This document shows positions 10,366 through 18,548 of a stretch of DNA of 64,000 nt, one piece after another; within the stretch, counting starts at the first letter, position 1, and each line of letters begins with the position of its first letter. The position numbers were made by a program, and so were the translations under genes. The notes under the pieces are model-generated. The model searched no databases. It had not been told where the DNA came from and saw only the letters and a list, made by a program, of their open reading frames with translations. The DNA comes from a bacterium (lineage in GTDB: Bacteria; Zhuqueibacterota; QNDG01; JAGLOF01), in the NCBI GenBank assembly GCA_016934955.1, contig JAFGRY010000030.1, forward strand, positions 5,899 to 69,898. Direction: 5' to 3'.

Positions 10366-10399
10366 TCATTCTACGCCAACATGAAGCGAGGGGGAGCAT

Positions 10400-11152
10400 A
10401 TGCAGCTTTTGACAGTGAGCAGTTTTCTGGATGAACAGTTGCGCATTACTGATTTCGAGGACGCCGGCCTCAACGGTCTTCAGGTGGCCAATTCAGGGAG
10501 CGTGACAAAAATAGCCACGGCCGTAGATGCCTCGGTCGAGTCAATTCTCAAGGCCGCGGCGCTGAAAGCCGATATGCTGTTCGTGCATCACGGCCTGTTC
10601 TGGGGGAAGCCGGTTCCCGTCACCGGAGCCCTCTACAAGCGAATGGCACTGCTGATGCGTCATGACATGGCCCTTTATGCCGCCCATCTTCCGCTGGACC
10701 AGCATCCGGTGCTGGGCAATAACGCGCAGATCGAACATGTGCTCGGCTGGCCCGTCAGCGGTGATTTCGGCGATCACCATGGCAAAGCGATCGGTAAAGA
10801 GGTCGAATTCCGGGACGAAGTGCCGCTCACCGAGCTTGTCGACCGGCTTCGGGAAAGACTCGGAGTCGAGCCGGACGTCTGGGCGTTCGGGCCCGACCGG
10901 ATCAAACGGCTCGGCTATATCAGCGGCGGCGCCCTCACCATGCTGCAGCAGGCGATCGATGCGGGCCTCGACGCCTTCATTACCGGGGAACCGGCGCATG
11001 CGGCCTACTGGAACGCCCGGGAAGAGGAAATCACCGTCATTTTCGCCGGGCATTACGCCACCGAAACGCTCGGCGTCAAGGCCGTGGCCGATCTGCTGCG
11101 GCAGACGTTTGACATCGAGACGGTGTTCCTCGATCTTCCCACCGGATATTGA
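10400..11152 (+). CDS. Nif3-family dinuclear metal-centre protein (GTP cyclohydrolase 1 type 2 homologue)
   Basis: DAGLNGLQV, FVHHGLFWG, ITGE.. and GHYATE motifs; 250 aa. Confidence 0.85.
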   Translation: MQLLTVSSFLDEQLRITDFEDAGLNGLQVANSGSVTKIATAVDASVESILKAAALKADMLFVHHGLFWGKPVPVTGALYKRMALLMRHDMALYAAHLPLDQHPVLGNNAQIEHVLGWPVSGDFGDHHGKAIGKEVEFRDEVPLTELVDRLRERLGVEPDVWAFGPDRIKRLGYISGGALTMLQQAIDAGLDAFITGEPAHAAYWNAREEEITVIFAGHYATETLGVKAVADLLRQTFDIETVFLDLPTGY

Positions 11153-11183
11153 GCAGAGCCGGCTATCGTCCTGCTGCCGGAAA

Positions 11184-11594
11184 TCAGGCGGAGCAGTATA
11201 CCCGTATTGTATCACCGTTCTTTGAGGTGACGTTCACCTCCATCTCCGAAAGACTGCGAATGAGCGTTTCCACATCTTCCTGCCTGAGATTGGTCAGGTC
11301 GAACGAGATGCCCTGTTCGTTCAGGGACCGGTTGATCTCGTTCATGGCATCGTTGGGGATGAGGCTGGTCAGACGCATGCCCGCTCGAATGAGGCTCAGC
11401 GGCACCTTAATATCTACATTGTCGTTTTTTTCGCTGATCACTTTGACAAACAGGTAGTCCGGGAGTATCGTCCCGGTCTTGGGGGGGCGGTCGCCCGGTT
11501 CCTTTCCGGTTACGGCATCGAGGAGCTTTTCCGCCTCTTCCACGGTTACTTTTCCATTCGCGACCATCTGCAAGATTCGTGTGCGTTCATCCAT
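11184..11594 (-). CDS. Hypothetical protein with SHOCT-like helical N-terminus (third gene of DUF2089 operon)
   Basis: MDERTRILQMVANGKVTVEEAEKLLDAV motif. The ATG at 11594 is preceded by GGAGAA. The ORF extends to 11666, but that part overlaps the upstream gene. Confidence 0.6.
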   Translation of the reverse strand: MDERTRILQMVANGKVTVEEAEKLLDAVTGKEPGDRPPKTGTILPDYLFVKVISEKNDNVDIKVPLSLIRAGMRLTSLIPNDAMNEINRSLNEQGISFDLTNLRQEDVETLIRSLSEMEVNVTSKNGDTIRVYCSA

Positions 11595-11608
11595 GATATG
11601 TTCTCCAT

Positions 11609-11887
11609 TCAGATAATGATGAGCGTTGTTTTCCTGGCGCTTCCCGCCGGGCTCACCGTCACGCATGTGCCCCGCAGTTCCAGGGTGAGAGCCAGTACCG
11701 CGACCATCAGCCGCGTCAGCCTGAACCTGAAGAGGGTCAGCAGATCCGCCAGCAGGATCAGGAAAAAAGGGAGCGTCAGCAGAAGCAGAACCAGGGGCCA
11801 GAGAAGCACCACCGGGAGCCAGACGTGTATGGTTTTTTGCCGCGGCGGCGTGACCTTGACCACGATGAATGTCGGGGGGAGTCTCAT
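11609..11887 (-). CDS. Small integral membrane protein
   Basis: 92-aa ORF with two long hydrophobic runs (WLPVVLLWPLVLLLLTLPFFLILLADLL). Its start overlaps the DUF2089 stop by 4 nt. Confidence 0.55.
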   Translation of the reverse strand: MRLPPTFIVVKVTPPRQKTIHVWLPVVLLWPLVLLLLTLPFFLILLADLLTLFRFRLTRLMVAVLALTLELRGTCVTVSPAGSARKTTLIII

Positions 11888-12246
11888 TCCCGCATCCTTT
11901 CTATCGCTTCTTCGGCCGAGATCTCTCCTTTCTCCAGCAGGCCGAGAATGTCGGATTTCTTCGCGGTTATCTGCACATCCACCAGGCGGAGCTGGCCGCT
12001 GATCCGGTTCAGCCGGTTTTTAATCGTGGGATAACTGACGCCGAACAACACTTCCATCTGCTTGATCGATCCATGTGTTCTGATGAATGCGGCCGCGAAA
12101 ATCTGATCCTCGTAGGAGAGTCCGGCCAGGGGGGGGAGCTCGAAGGCGCCCTCGATGGTAACCCCTGATCCGTCGAGAGTGACTTTCGACACCGTTATCG
12201 CTTCGTTCCGGGTCATACCGGTCAATGTGCTCCATGGCTGCTTCAT
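11884..12246 (-). CDS. DUF2089-family HTH protein
   Basis: LSYEDQIFAAAFIRTHGSIKQMEVLFGVSYPTIKNRLNRISGQL is the DUF2089 HTH core. C-terminal LLEKGEISAEEAIERM. The ATG at 12246 follows AGGAG. Confidence 0.7.
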   Translation of the reverse strand: MKQPWSTLTGMTRNEAITVSKVTLDGSGVTIEGAFELPPLAGLSYEDQIFAAAFIRTHGSIKQMEVLFGVSYPTIKNRLNRISGQLRLVDVQITAKKSDILGLLEKGEISAEEAIERMRE

Positions 12247-12309
12247 AGTCGCTCCTGTTGTTGTCCTCGCGGGTATGATACAGTAAATAATTAAAAATGT
12301 CAAGTATTA

Positions 12310-12326
12310 AATTAATAAAATTAATT
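12310..12326. promoter_or_regulatory. Perfect inverted repeat AATTAAT-AAA-ATTAATT in an AT-rich divergent promoter region
   Basis: Read directly. It lies between the divergent DUF2089 operon and the ECF sigma gene. A direct repeat ATTGATT occurs at 12342-12348 and 12351-12357. Confidence 0.3.
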
Positions 12327-12483
12327 TTTAGTAGAAAAATTATTGATTTAATTGATTATTTCCATTGACGCTCAGCATGTCATGGGCGGGGCCGCCCTGT
12401 CCGGGGAAATTTTCGTTGCAGTTCACGCACATTTTTTTTACATTGACACAATAATACGATGATCATGCCGTTTACATGGGTGT

Positions 12484-13071
12484 ATGGGGATGAACGATTT
12501 CCAAACTGATGCCAGGCTGGTGCAATCATATCTGTCCGGGAAGCAGGCGGCTTTCGAGAAGATCTATGACCGGTACGAACGGCCGCTTTTCTCGTATATC
12601 CTGAAACTGCTCAGGGACAGAACCGCCGCTGAAGACGCGTTTCAGCAGACCTGGATGCAGGCGGTTAAGGCCCTTCCTGCGTATCGTGAACAATCGAGGT
12701 TTTCCAGCTGGCTTTTCGGCATTGCCCATAACTGCTGTATGGATCATCTTCGGCGGGAGACGACCCGTCGTGAAGACGGATTCCAGGCCGATCAGCTTGA
12801 CAGGCGTGAACATGACGGCGGCATGCCCGATTATCTGGCGGAAAAAAACGAAGAGCTGACGCACCTGGCCCGGGCAATCGATCAGCTCCCCGCGGAGCAG
12901 CGGGCGGTGGTCCTCATGCGTGTACACGGGGAGATCCCTTTCAAGGATATCGCGGAAGCGCTCGATTGCTCACTGAACACGGTCCTGGGCCGGATGCACT
13001 ACGCGGTGAAGAATTTGAGAAAACTGCTGAAAGAAAACATCGGGGAGGATCTGACCCATGTCCTGTCCTGA
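12484..13071 (+). CDS. ECF (sigma-70 family, group 4) RNA polymerase sigma factor
   Basis: Region 2 (YERPLFSYILKLLRDRTAAEDAFQQTW, FSSWLFGIAHNCCMDHLR) and region 4 (LPAEQRAVVLMRVHGEIPFKDIAEALDCSLNTVLGRMHYA). Confidence 0.9.
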   Translation: MGMNDFQTDARLVQSYLSGKQAAFEKIYDRYERPLFSYILKLLRDRTAAEDAFQQTWMQAVKALPAYREQSRFSSWLFGIAHNCCMDHLRRETTRREDGFQADQLDRREHDGGMPDYLAEKNEELTHLARAIDQLPAEQRAVVLMRVHGEIPFKDIAEALDCSLNTVLGRMHYAVKNLRKLLKENIGEDLTHVLS

Positions 13072-13633
13072 ATTCGAGAAATCAGGGCTCCTGTTTATCA
13101 GCGGCGAGCTGGAAAAGGAGGAAGCGAAGGCATACCGGATGCATCTGCGGGAATGTGACACATGTCTCGCGCTGGTCCGGGAGTACCGTGAACTCTTTGC
13201 CAAGACTGAAGGGCTCGCTGAGCTGTCGCCGGGGCCGGAGATCCGGGAGCGGGTCCTGGCGGCCGGAAGCCGGGCTGCGGTAAAAAGCGCTGCCGGAAAA
13301 GACACCGTTTTCAGCCGCCTGAGCCGGGCACTGTTTCCGGCCCCCTGGATGTGGGGCATTCCGGCCGCAGCGATCGTGGTGCTCATGCTGCTTCTCAATC
13401 CGTTCGCCCGGAACAGCGCTGAACTGGATGATGTGCTCGCGTGGAACGATGATTTTCTTCTGGAGTCGGCGATGATCGAAGCGGATATCGAGAACGTGAA
13501 AACACTGACCGCCACTCCCTACCTCGAAGAGGATGTCTACAGTCCGGTCCCGAACGTATCCACTCTGAATGATGAATTCATCAGCATACGCAACGGCATT
13601 GAAGATTTGCTTCAGGAAATTACAGGATTTTGA
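13058..13633 (+). CDS. Anti-sigma factor, zf-HC2 type
   Basis: Overlaps the sigma gene by 14 nt. N-terminal C-x..-H-x3-C-x2-C (CPEF...MHLRECDTC) and a central hydrophobic helix (WMWGIPAAAIVVLMLLL). Confidence 0.75.
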   Translation: MSCPEFEKSGLLFISGELEKEEAKAYRMHLRECDTCLALVREYRELFAKTEGLAELSPGPEIRERVLAAGSRAAVKSAAGKDTVFSRLSRALFPAPWMWGIPAAAIVVLMLLLNPFARNSAELDDVLAWNDDFLLESAMIEADIENVKTLTATPYLEEDVYSPVPNVSTLNDEFISIRNGIEDLLQEITGF

Positions 13634-13646
13634 GCGGAGGCTTGTC

Positions 13647-14246
13647 ATGAAACGGAATCACACGATAATCGCTGCGGCATGCGCGGCAGTGATCTTTTTA
13701 ACGGGATCTTCTGCCGCCCAGAACCGGGCCCGGCAGGTACGGCCGCGAACCGTCCCGGCCGTCACTGCGGCCAAACTGACGCCTGAGCAGGAAAAAGAGA
13801 CAATGGATTATCTCAGGAAGGAGTTTCCCGAAGAGGCGAAACGGTTCGAAGAGCTGAAAGTGATGCGGCCCGAGGCCTACCATACCGCATTGGTCAGGTA
13901 CTATGCGAAGCTGAAGCTGCTGGAGACGATCAAGCAGAACGATCCTGAACGGTATGAAGAGCTGATCAAGGAGCGGGAGCTCGACATCAAGAGCAGAGAG
14001 CTGGCCAGGAAGTACCGGGAAAGCAGCGATGAAGCGGAGAAGGAAAAGATCTCGGCTGAGCTGGAGCAGCTGCTCTACAAGATTTTTGAATACCGGCAGC
14101 TGAACCGGCAGGCCGAGATCGAACGGATCGAGAAAAAGCTGGAAGAGCTGAAAAAAGAGAACGCCCTGCGGCTGGAGAGCAAGGACGAGATGGTGCGGCG
14201 CCAGCTCGCCAAGCTGCTGGGAGAACAAGAGGAACTGGAATGGTGA
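13647..14246 (+). CDS. Secreted helical protein with LTXXQ motif (Spy/CpxP-like)
   Basis: The ATG at 13647 follows GGAGG. Signal peptide MKRNHTIIAAACAAVIFLTGSSAAQ, an LTPEQ motif and a highly charged coiled coil. Third gene of the ECF operon. Confidence 0.7.
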   Translation: MKRNHTIIAAACAAVIFLTGSSAAQNRARQVRPRTVPAVTAAKLTPEQEKETMDYLRKEFPEEAKRFEELKVMRPEAYHTALVRYYAKLKLLETIKQNDPERYEELIKERELDIKSRELARKYRESSDEAEKEKISAELEQLLYKIFEYRQLNRQAEIERIEKKLEELKKENALRLESKDEMVRRQLAKLLGEQEELEW

Positions 14247-14273
14247 CACTCTCCAGGCACTGATAATAACAGC

Positions 14274-14303
14274 GGGGACCGCCGGAACGGTCCCCTTTTT
14301 TTT
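14274..14303 (+). terminator. Rho-independent terminator
   Basis: GGGGACC-N8-GGTCCCC followed by eight T, lying between convergent genes. Confidence 0.7.
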
Positions 14304-14306
14304 CGT

Positions 14307-15062
14307 TCAGGCGGTACGCCGCGGCAGCAGTGTGCGTATGGCCATGAGTGCGGCCAGGACAGCACCCGTCCACGCGCCTGTGGAGATCAGCGCGTGCGCC
14401 GACTGCTTCACGCCGATGCCCGCGAGCGCCCAGACGAACACCAGCAGAAAGGCGGTGTCCCTGCGCTGCAGGAGCATGAAGAGGGCGAGCACCACGGTGA
14501 CAGTCAGCAGGGCAAGCGTCCAGATGACCGGACTGATGCCCCATCCGTCCCACTGCAGGGAGTAGAGCGTCGACGATATATTTGCGATGGTCGCCACGCA
14601 TATCCAGCCGAGATACAGGCTTACCGGGATGTGCAGGCACCATTTTTCCGCCCGTGACACCGCCGTTTTCCCGATGTCCAGGCGCAGGTAGACGAGAATC
14701 AGCAGCACCAGCAGGGCGAGCATCACGGGGACGGTCCAGGGAAACCGCTCGTAATGCCAGAGAAAGAGCCAGCCTGCATTGGCCGCGCCGGTCATGACAA
14801 GCAGCCAGCCGGTTCGGGCAAGGCCGCGATGATCCCGCTGAGCCGGCAGCGACTGAAACACCGCCAGGGCGATCAGTCCGATATAGATGATCCCCCAGAT
14901 GGAGAAAACGTAGCCCGCGGGAACGAAGAGAACCTGAAACCGGTCGGAAATCTCTCCGGTATTCAATCCGTTCAGCGGCAGATAATTGGCGAGAAAATTG
15001 ACGAAGATCGTTCCCGCCACCGACAGGGGCAGCAGCCAGCGGCGGATGCCGTTCATGTTCAT
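14307..15062 (-). CDS. TspO/MBR-related tryptophan-rich membrane protein
   Basis: Polytopic. NFLANYLPLNGLNTGEISDRF..FVPAGYVFSIWGIIY is the motif I associate with long TspO-like proteins. Trp-rich. Confidence 0.6.
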   Translation of the reverse strand: MNMNGIRRWLLPLSVAGTIFVNFLANYLPLNGLNTGEISDRFQVLFVPAGYVFSIWGIIYIGLIALAVFQSLPAQRDHRGLARTGWLLVMTGAANAGWLFLWHYERFPWTVPVMLALLVLLILVYLRLDIGKTAVSRAEKWCLHIPVSLYLGWICVATIANISSTLYSLQWDGWGISPVIWTLALLTVTVVLALFMLLQRRDTAFLLVFVWALAGIGVKQSAHALISTGAWTGAVLAALMAIRTLLPRRTA

Positions 15063-15080
15063 ATCTCCTCCTTTGCGTGT

Positions 15081-15944
15081 CTACGATTCCAGTGCATTTC
15101 TGATTTTCTCGATGGTGAGCGGTGCCGAGCCTTCGTAGTGATTGTTCACATTGAGGTAAATGCTGAGGCCCTGCCCGATGAGACCGGTGATACTGGCGAT
15201 TATTTCCGTGAGTTCGGCATCTTTGGGTGCGGCAATACGGTTCCACTGTTTTTTTGTCACCGCTTCGATTCCCGCGCGATCCGGGCCGTGCAGTCTGATG
15301 ACGACGGTGCCCGAGAGCAGGTCCTTATGTGCCGCCAGCACCTGCGGAACCGGCGGCATGTAGTATCCCTGGAGAAAGACGGGGATCAGACCGCGCTCCG
15401 CGAGAAAGACGAAAAAAGCGCGGTCGAGATAGCCGGGATTGCGTATTTCGATGCCGTATGGCCGCCCGGGCGGGGTCGCGCGGAAGAAGGTGTCCAGGCG
15501 CTTCAGGAACGTGTCCTGATCGGGCATCTTGCGTGTATTGAGATATTCGAACTGGAACATCAGCGGACCGGCTTTCTCGCCCAGGGGGGCGATCCGTTCC
15601 AGAAATGCGTCCAGCACGGACGGTGAGAGAAAATGGGGATTGGCCGTGAGGGGCTGTTTCCTGTCCTGCTGATAGTAATGGGTGAGGGTGAGCGCGTTGG
15701 GCACCTTGATGCTGAATCTGAAACCGGCGGGCACACTCGCGGCGTAATCGGATACGTCAGCGGGATCGGGCAATCGCACCGTCCCCCCGGGGAACAGGGA
15801 CCAGAACCACTGGTCGATCTCAACCGTATCGAAACGGGCGGCATATTCCCGCAGATAGTCGGCCGGTTTCGGCGACGAGTAGACGATGCCGGCCCAGGAC
15901 GGATACTTCCAGCTGCACGTGCCGATGCGGAGTGGATCTGGCAT
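15081..15944 (-). CDS. DUF72 (UPF0759) family protein
   Basis: LRIGTCSWKYPSWAGIVYS, YLREYAARFDTVEIDQWFW and VIRLHGPD are DUF72 signatures. The start is taken at the ATG at 15944; the longer ORF to 16229 has a non-protein-like N-terminus. Confidence 0.85.
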   Translation of the reverse strand: MPDPLRIGTCSWKYPSWAGIVYSSPKPADYLREYAARFDTVEIDQWFWSLFPGGTVRLPDPADVSDYAASVPAGFRFSIKVPNALTLTHYYQQDRKQPLTANPHFLSPSVLDAFLERIAPLGEKAGPLMFQFEYLNTRKMPDQDTFLKRLDTFFRATPPGRPYGIEIRNPGYLDRAFFVFLAERGLIPVFLQGYYMPPVPQVLAAHKDLLSGTVVIRLHGPDRAGIEAVTKKQWNRIAAPKDAELTEIIASITGLIGQGLSIYLNVNNHYEGSAPLTIEKIRNALES

Positions 15945-16130
15945 ATCGCTTTTCTCTTTCGTGGTGACGGTATAAGGAATGCGCTCCGGTGCCCTCGGGC
16001 CGGAGTGTTTACCATAACTAACGATTATTTGGGAAAAAAGCAACAATGAATCGATGGTGCCCTGCTCGGCTCTCCCTGCAGGCACCTGTGCGCTTTTCCG
16101 GTTCATCGGAAGGCCCATGTCACTTTCGTC

Positions 16131-16159
16131 TTGACATGAATGACGACGGTGCGTATATT
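16131..16159 (+). promoter_or_regulatory. Candidate sigma-70-type promoter for the GH13-phosphorylase operon
   Basis: TTGACA (16131-16136), a 17-nt spacer, then TATATT (16154-16159), 46 nt upstream of the ATG at 16205. Confidence 0.45.
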
Positions 16160-16204
16160 GCAAATTATTCGCTGTCATTATCCGCAGGTTAGGGAGGACA
16201 CAGC

Positions 16205-18193
16205 ATGGAAAAAGACAGGCGTGTCGCATGGCCGGGACTCTTTTTTTATTTTATTTTGGTAGCGCTTCCATATTTCGGCTGTCACCGCCGTGCACCGGCG
16301 CTGCGCCAGGTGACGGTCACCTACCAGCCGGTGATCGCCGGTGAACTCGATGTATTCATTGCCGGTACGTTCAACGACTGGAACTCGACGCTCAACCGCA
16401 TGACAGACGAAGACGGAGATGGTGTATATGAGGCCAGTCTGCTGCTGGCTCCCGGACGGTACGAATACAAATTCGTTGTCAATGGCGAGTGGAAAACCGA
16501 TTTCAACGCCGAAGAGTTCATGGGCGCTGGTCAGGAGGGCGACAATGCCGTGCTCTATGTGGATGACCGTTATACGGCGGTGAGCCTTTCCCGGGGAGAC
16601 GGTGATATATACTATCGTGATCTGCACCTTGAAACCGGCTACCGGATGCTCGATCCCTATGCCGACGGATCGCTGCGTGTGACGGTGCCGGCGATGAAGC
16701 AGGATGTCGAACGGGTCCGGATGCACTGGAGCGGGGTGAACGGGGCTCAGGGAACCGTTGCCGATATGGAACTGAAAGCGACCGGTCCGCTCTTTGATTA
16801 CTATCAGGTGCTCCTGGATCCGGGCGGACGGGGGGGCATTCGATTTTTCTTCAGCTATGAGGATGGCGACTCCTGCGTATATGCCGGTGCGGGGGGATTT
16901 TCGGCCGCGGCACCGGCCCCGGACCAGTGGTTTGTCTACGATCCTGAACAGCTGGCTCCCTTCAAAACCCCCGACTGGGCCAAGGAAGGCATTTTTTACC
17001 AGATATTCCCCGATCGGTTTCGCAACGGGGATCCGGACAACGATCCGGATTTTTCCGAATCCTACTTCCGGGGCAGGCATACACTGCCCCCGGGCGGCAA
17101 GACCAACGATGAATACTTTCACATGGAGGCCTGGGATTCCATAGGAGGGCTGGTACACAGTCCCTACCGCACGGACGGGAAACCAGACTATTACTCATTT
17201 TACGGCGGCGACATCGCGGGAGTGATGGAGAAACTGGATTACCTTGAAGAGCTGGGTGTCACCATTATCTATTTCAATCCTCTCAATCAGGCGAAGTCAA
17301 ACCACAAATATGATCCGGTTGATTATCTGAAGATCGATTCCCATTTCGCGGATGAGCCGCTGTTTAAGCGGTTCACCGCAGCCGCCAGGGAGCATGGGAT
17401 ACGGATAATCGTCGACAAGGCGTTCAACCATACCGGTGACGAACATTTCGCGTTCGTCGATACCAGGGAGCGGGGAGAAGCCTCTCCCTACTGGCATTGG
17501 TACGAATGGCACACGTGGCCCCTGCCGCCGGAAGGGGCGCCTACGCCCAACGACTATTATGACTGCTGGTGGGGATTTCCGCTGCATCCCAACCTGAATT
17601 TCGACCTCTCCCGGCCGAATCGCGATGAAAACATGATTCGCGACATCACCGCCGCAACCCCCAACCGTGAAGTGGTGGAGTATCTGCTTTCCGTTGCCGA
17701 TTACTGGATCGGCACCCTGGGAATAGATGGGTTCCGTCTCGATGTCCCCAATGAAGTGCCTTTCTGGTTCTGGAAACTGTTCAGGCAGCGAGTGGAATCA
17801 CTTGACAGGGACGCCTACCTTATCGGCGAGATCTGGGGTGATGCGCTGCCGTGGCTGGGTGAAGACGGATTTCACTCTACCATGAATTATAAATACTTCC
17901 GGGATCCGGTACTCGATTTTTTCGCCAGTCGTAAAACGGATGCGCAACAGTTCGATGAAGCCATGGCCCCGGGCCGGGTCCTGTATCCGCGAGAAGCGCT
18001 GCTGGCAATGATGAATCTTATAGACAGTCACGACACCGTGAGATTCCTGACACAGGCCGGCGGTGATATCCGTCGACTGGAGCTGGCGGTGCTTTTCCAG
18101 ATGACCTATGTCGGTATCCCTCAAATCTATTACGGCGATGAGGTGGCGCTGCAGGGCGGCAAGGATCCCGATAACCGGCGTCCGTTTCCCTAG
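16205..18193 (+). CDS. GH13 alpha-amylase-family enzyme (neopullulanase/cyclomaltodextrinase-like) with N-terminal CBM48-like module, ended by an in-frame TAG
   Basis: Hydrophobic N-terminus ending YFGC. AMPK-beta/CBM48-like FIAGTFNDWN..GRYEYKFVVNGEW. GH13 regions FNHTGDEH, GFRLDVPNEV, GEIWGD and LIDSHDT. Ends ...GKDPDNRRPFP-TAG. Confidence 0.9.
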   Translation: MEKDRRVAWPGLFFYFILVALPYFGCHRRAPALRQVTVTYQPVIAGELDVFIAGTFNDWNSTLNRMTDEDGDGVYEASLLLAPGRYEYKFVVNGEWKTDFNAEEFMGAGQEGDNAVLYVDDRYTAVSLSRGDGDIYYRDLHLETGYRMLDPYADGSLRVTVPAMKQDVERVRMHWSGVNGAQGTVADMELKATGPLFDYYQVLLDPGGRGGIRFFFSYEDGDSCVYAGAGGFSAAAPAPDQWFVYDPEQLAPFKTPDWAKEGIFYQIFPDRFRNGDPDNDPDFSESYFRGRHTLPPGGKTNDEYFHMEAWDSIGGLVHSPYRTDGKPDYYSFYGGDIAGVMEKLDYLEELGVTIIYFNPLNQAKSNHKYDPVDYLKIDSHFADEPLFKRFTAAAREHGIRIIVDKAFNHTGDEHFAFVDTRERGEASPYWHWYEWHTWPLPPEGAPTPNDYYDCWWGFPLHPNLNFDLSRPNRDENMIRDITAATPNREVVEYLLSVADYWIGTLGIDGFRLDVPNEVPFWFWKLFRQRVESLDRDAYLIGEIWGDALPWLGEDGFHSTMNYKYFRDPVLDFFASRKTDAQQFDEAMAPGRVLYPREALLAMMNLIDSHDTVRFLTQAGGDIRRLELAVLFQMTYVGIPQIYYGDEVALQGGKDPDNRRPFP

Positions 18194-18529
18194 AACTGGC
18201 AGGATGATGAGGTACGCAACGATGTTCACGCGTGCTACCGTCGCCTGATTCACATCAGACGGTCACAGCCCTGCCTCATATACGGAACGTACGAGACCCT
18301 GTACGCCCGGGACCGTCAAATCGCCTACCTGAGGGCGCTGCGGGGAGAACGTATGCTCATTCTGATCAATAACAGCGGCACCCGCGAATCCCTGGCATTT
18401 CCTGCGGACGCGGGAAAAAAGATCACCGGCAGCTGGAAGAACCTGCTCGATGGGCGGGAATACACCTTTGATGCAACACCGACTGTTGCGCTGGACCCCT
18501 GGGAAGGACTGCTGCTCATTCACCAGTAG
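18194..18529 (+). other. In-frame continuation of the GH13 gene encoding its C-terminal domain (pseudogene fragment or read-through extension)
   Basis: Same frame, with 111 sense codons after the TAG: NWQDDEVRNDVHACYRRLIHIRRSQPCLIYGTYETLY...DPWEGLLLIHQ. The stop is at 18527-18529, 20 nt before glgP. Confidence 0.75.
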
Positions 18530-18548
18530 AAATAATTGAGGTGCCTAC

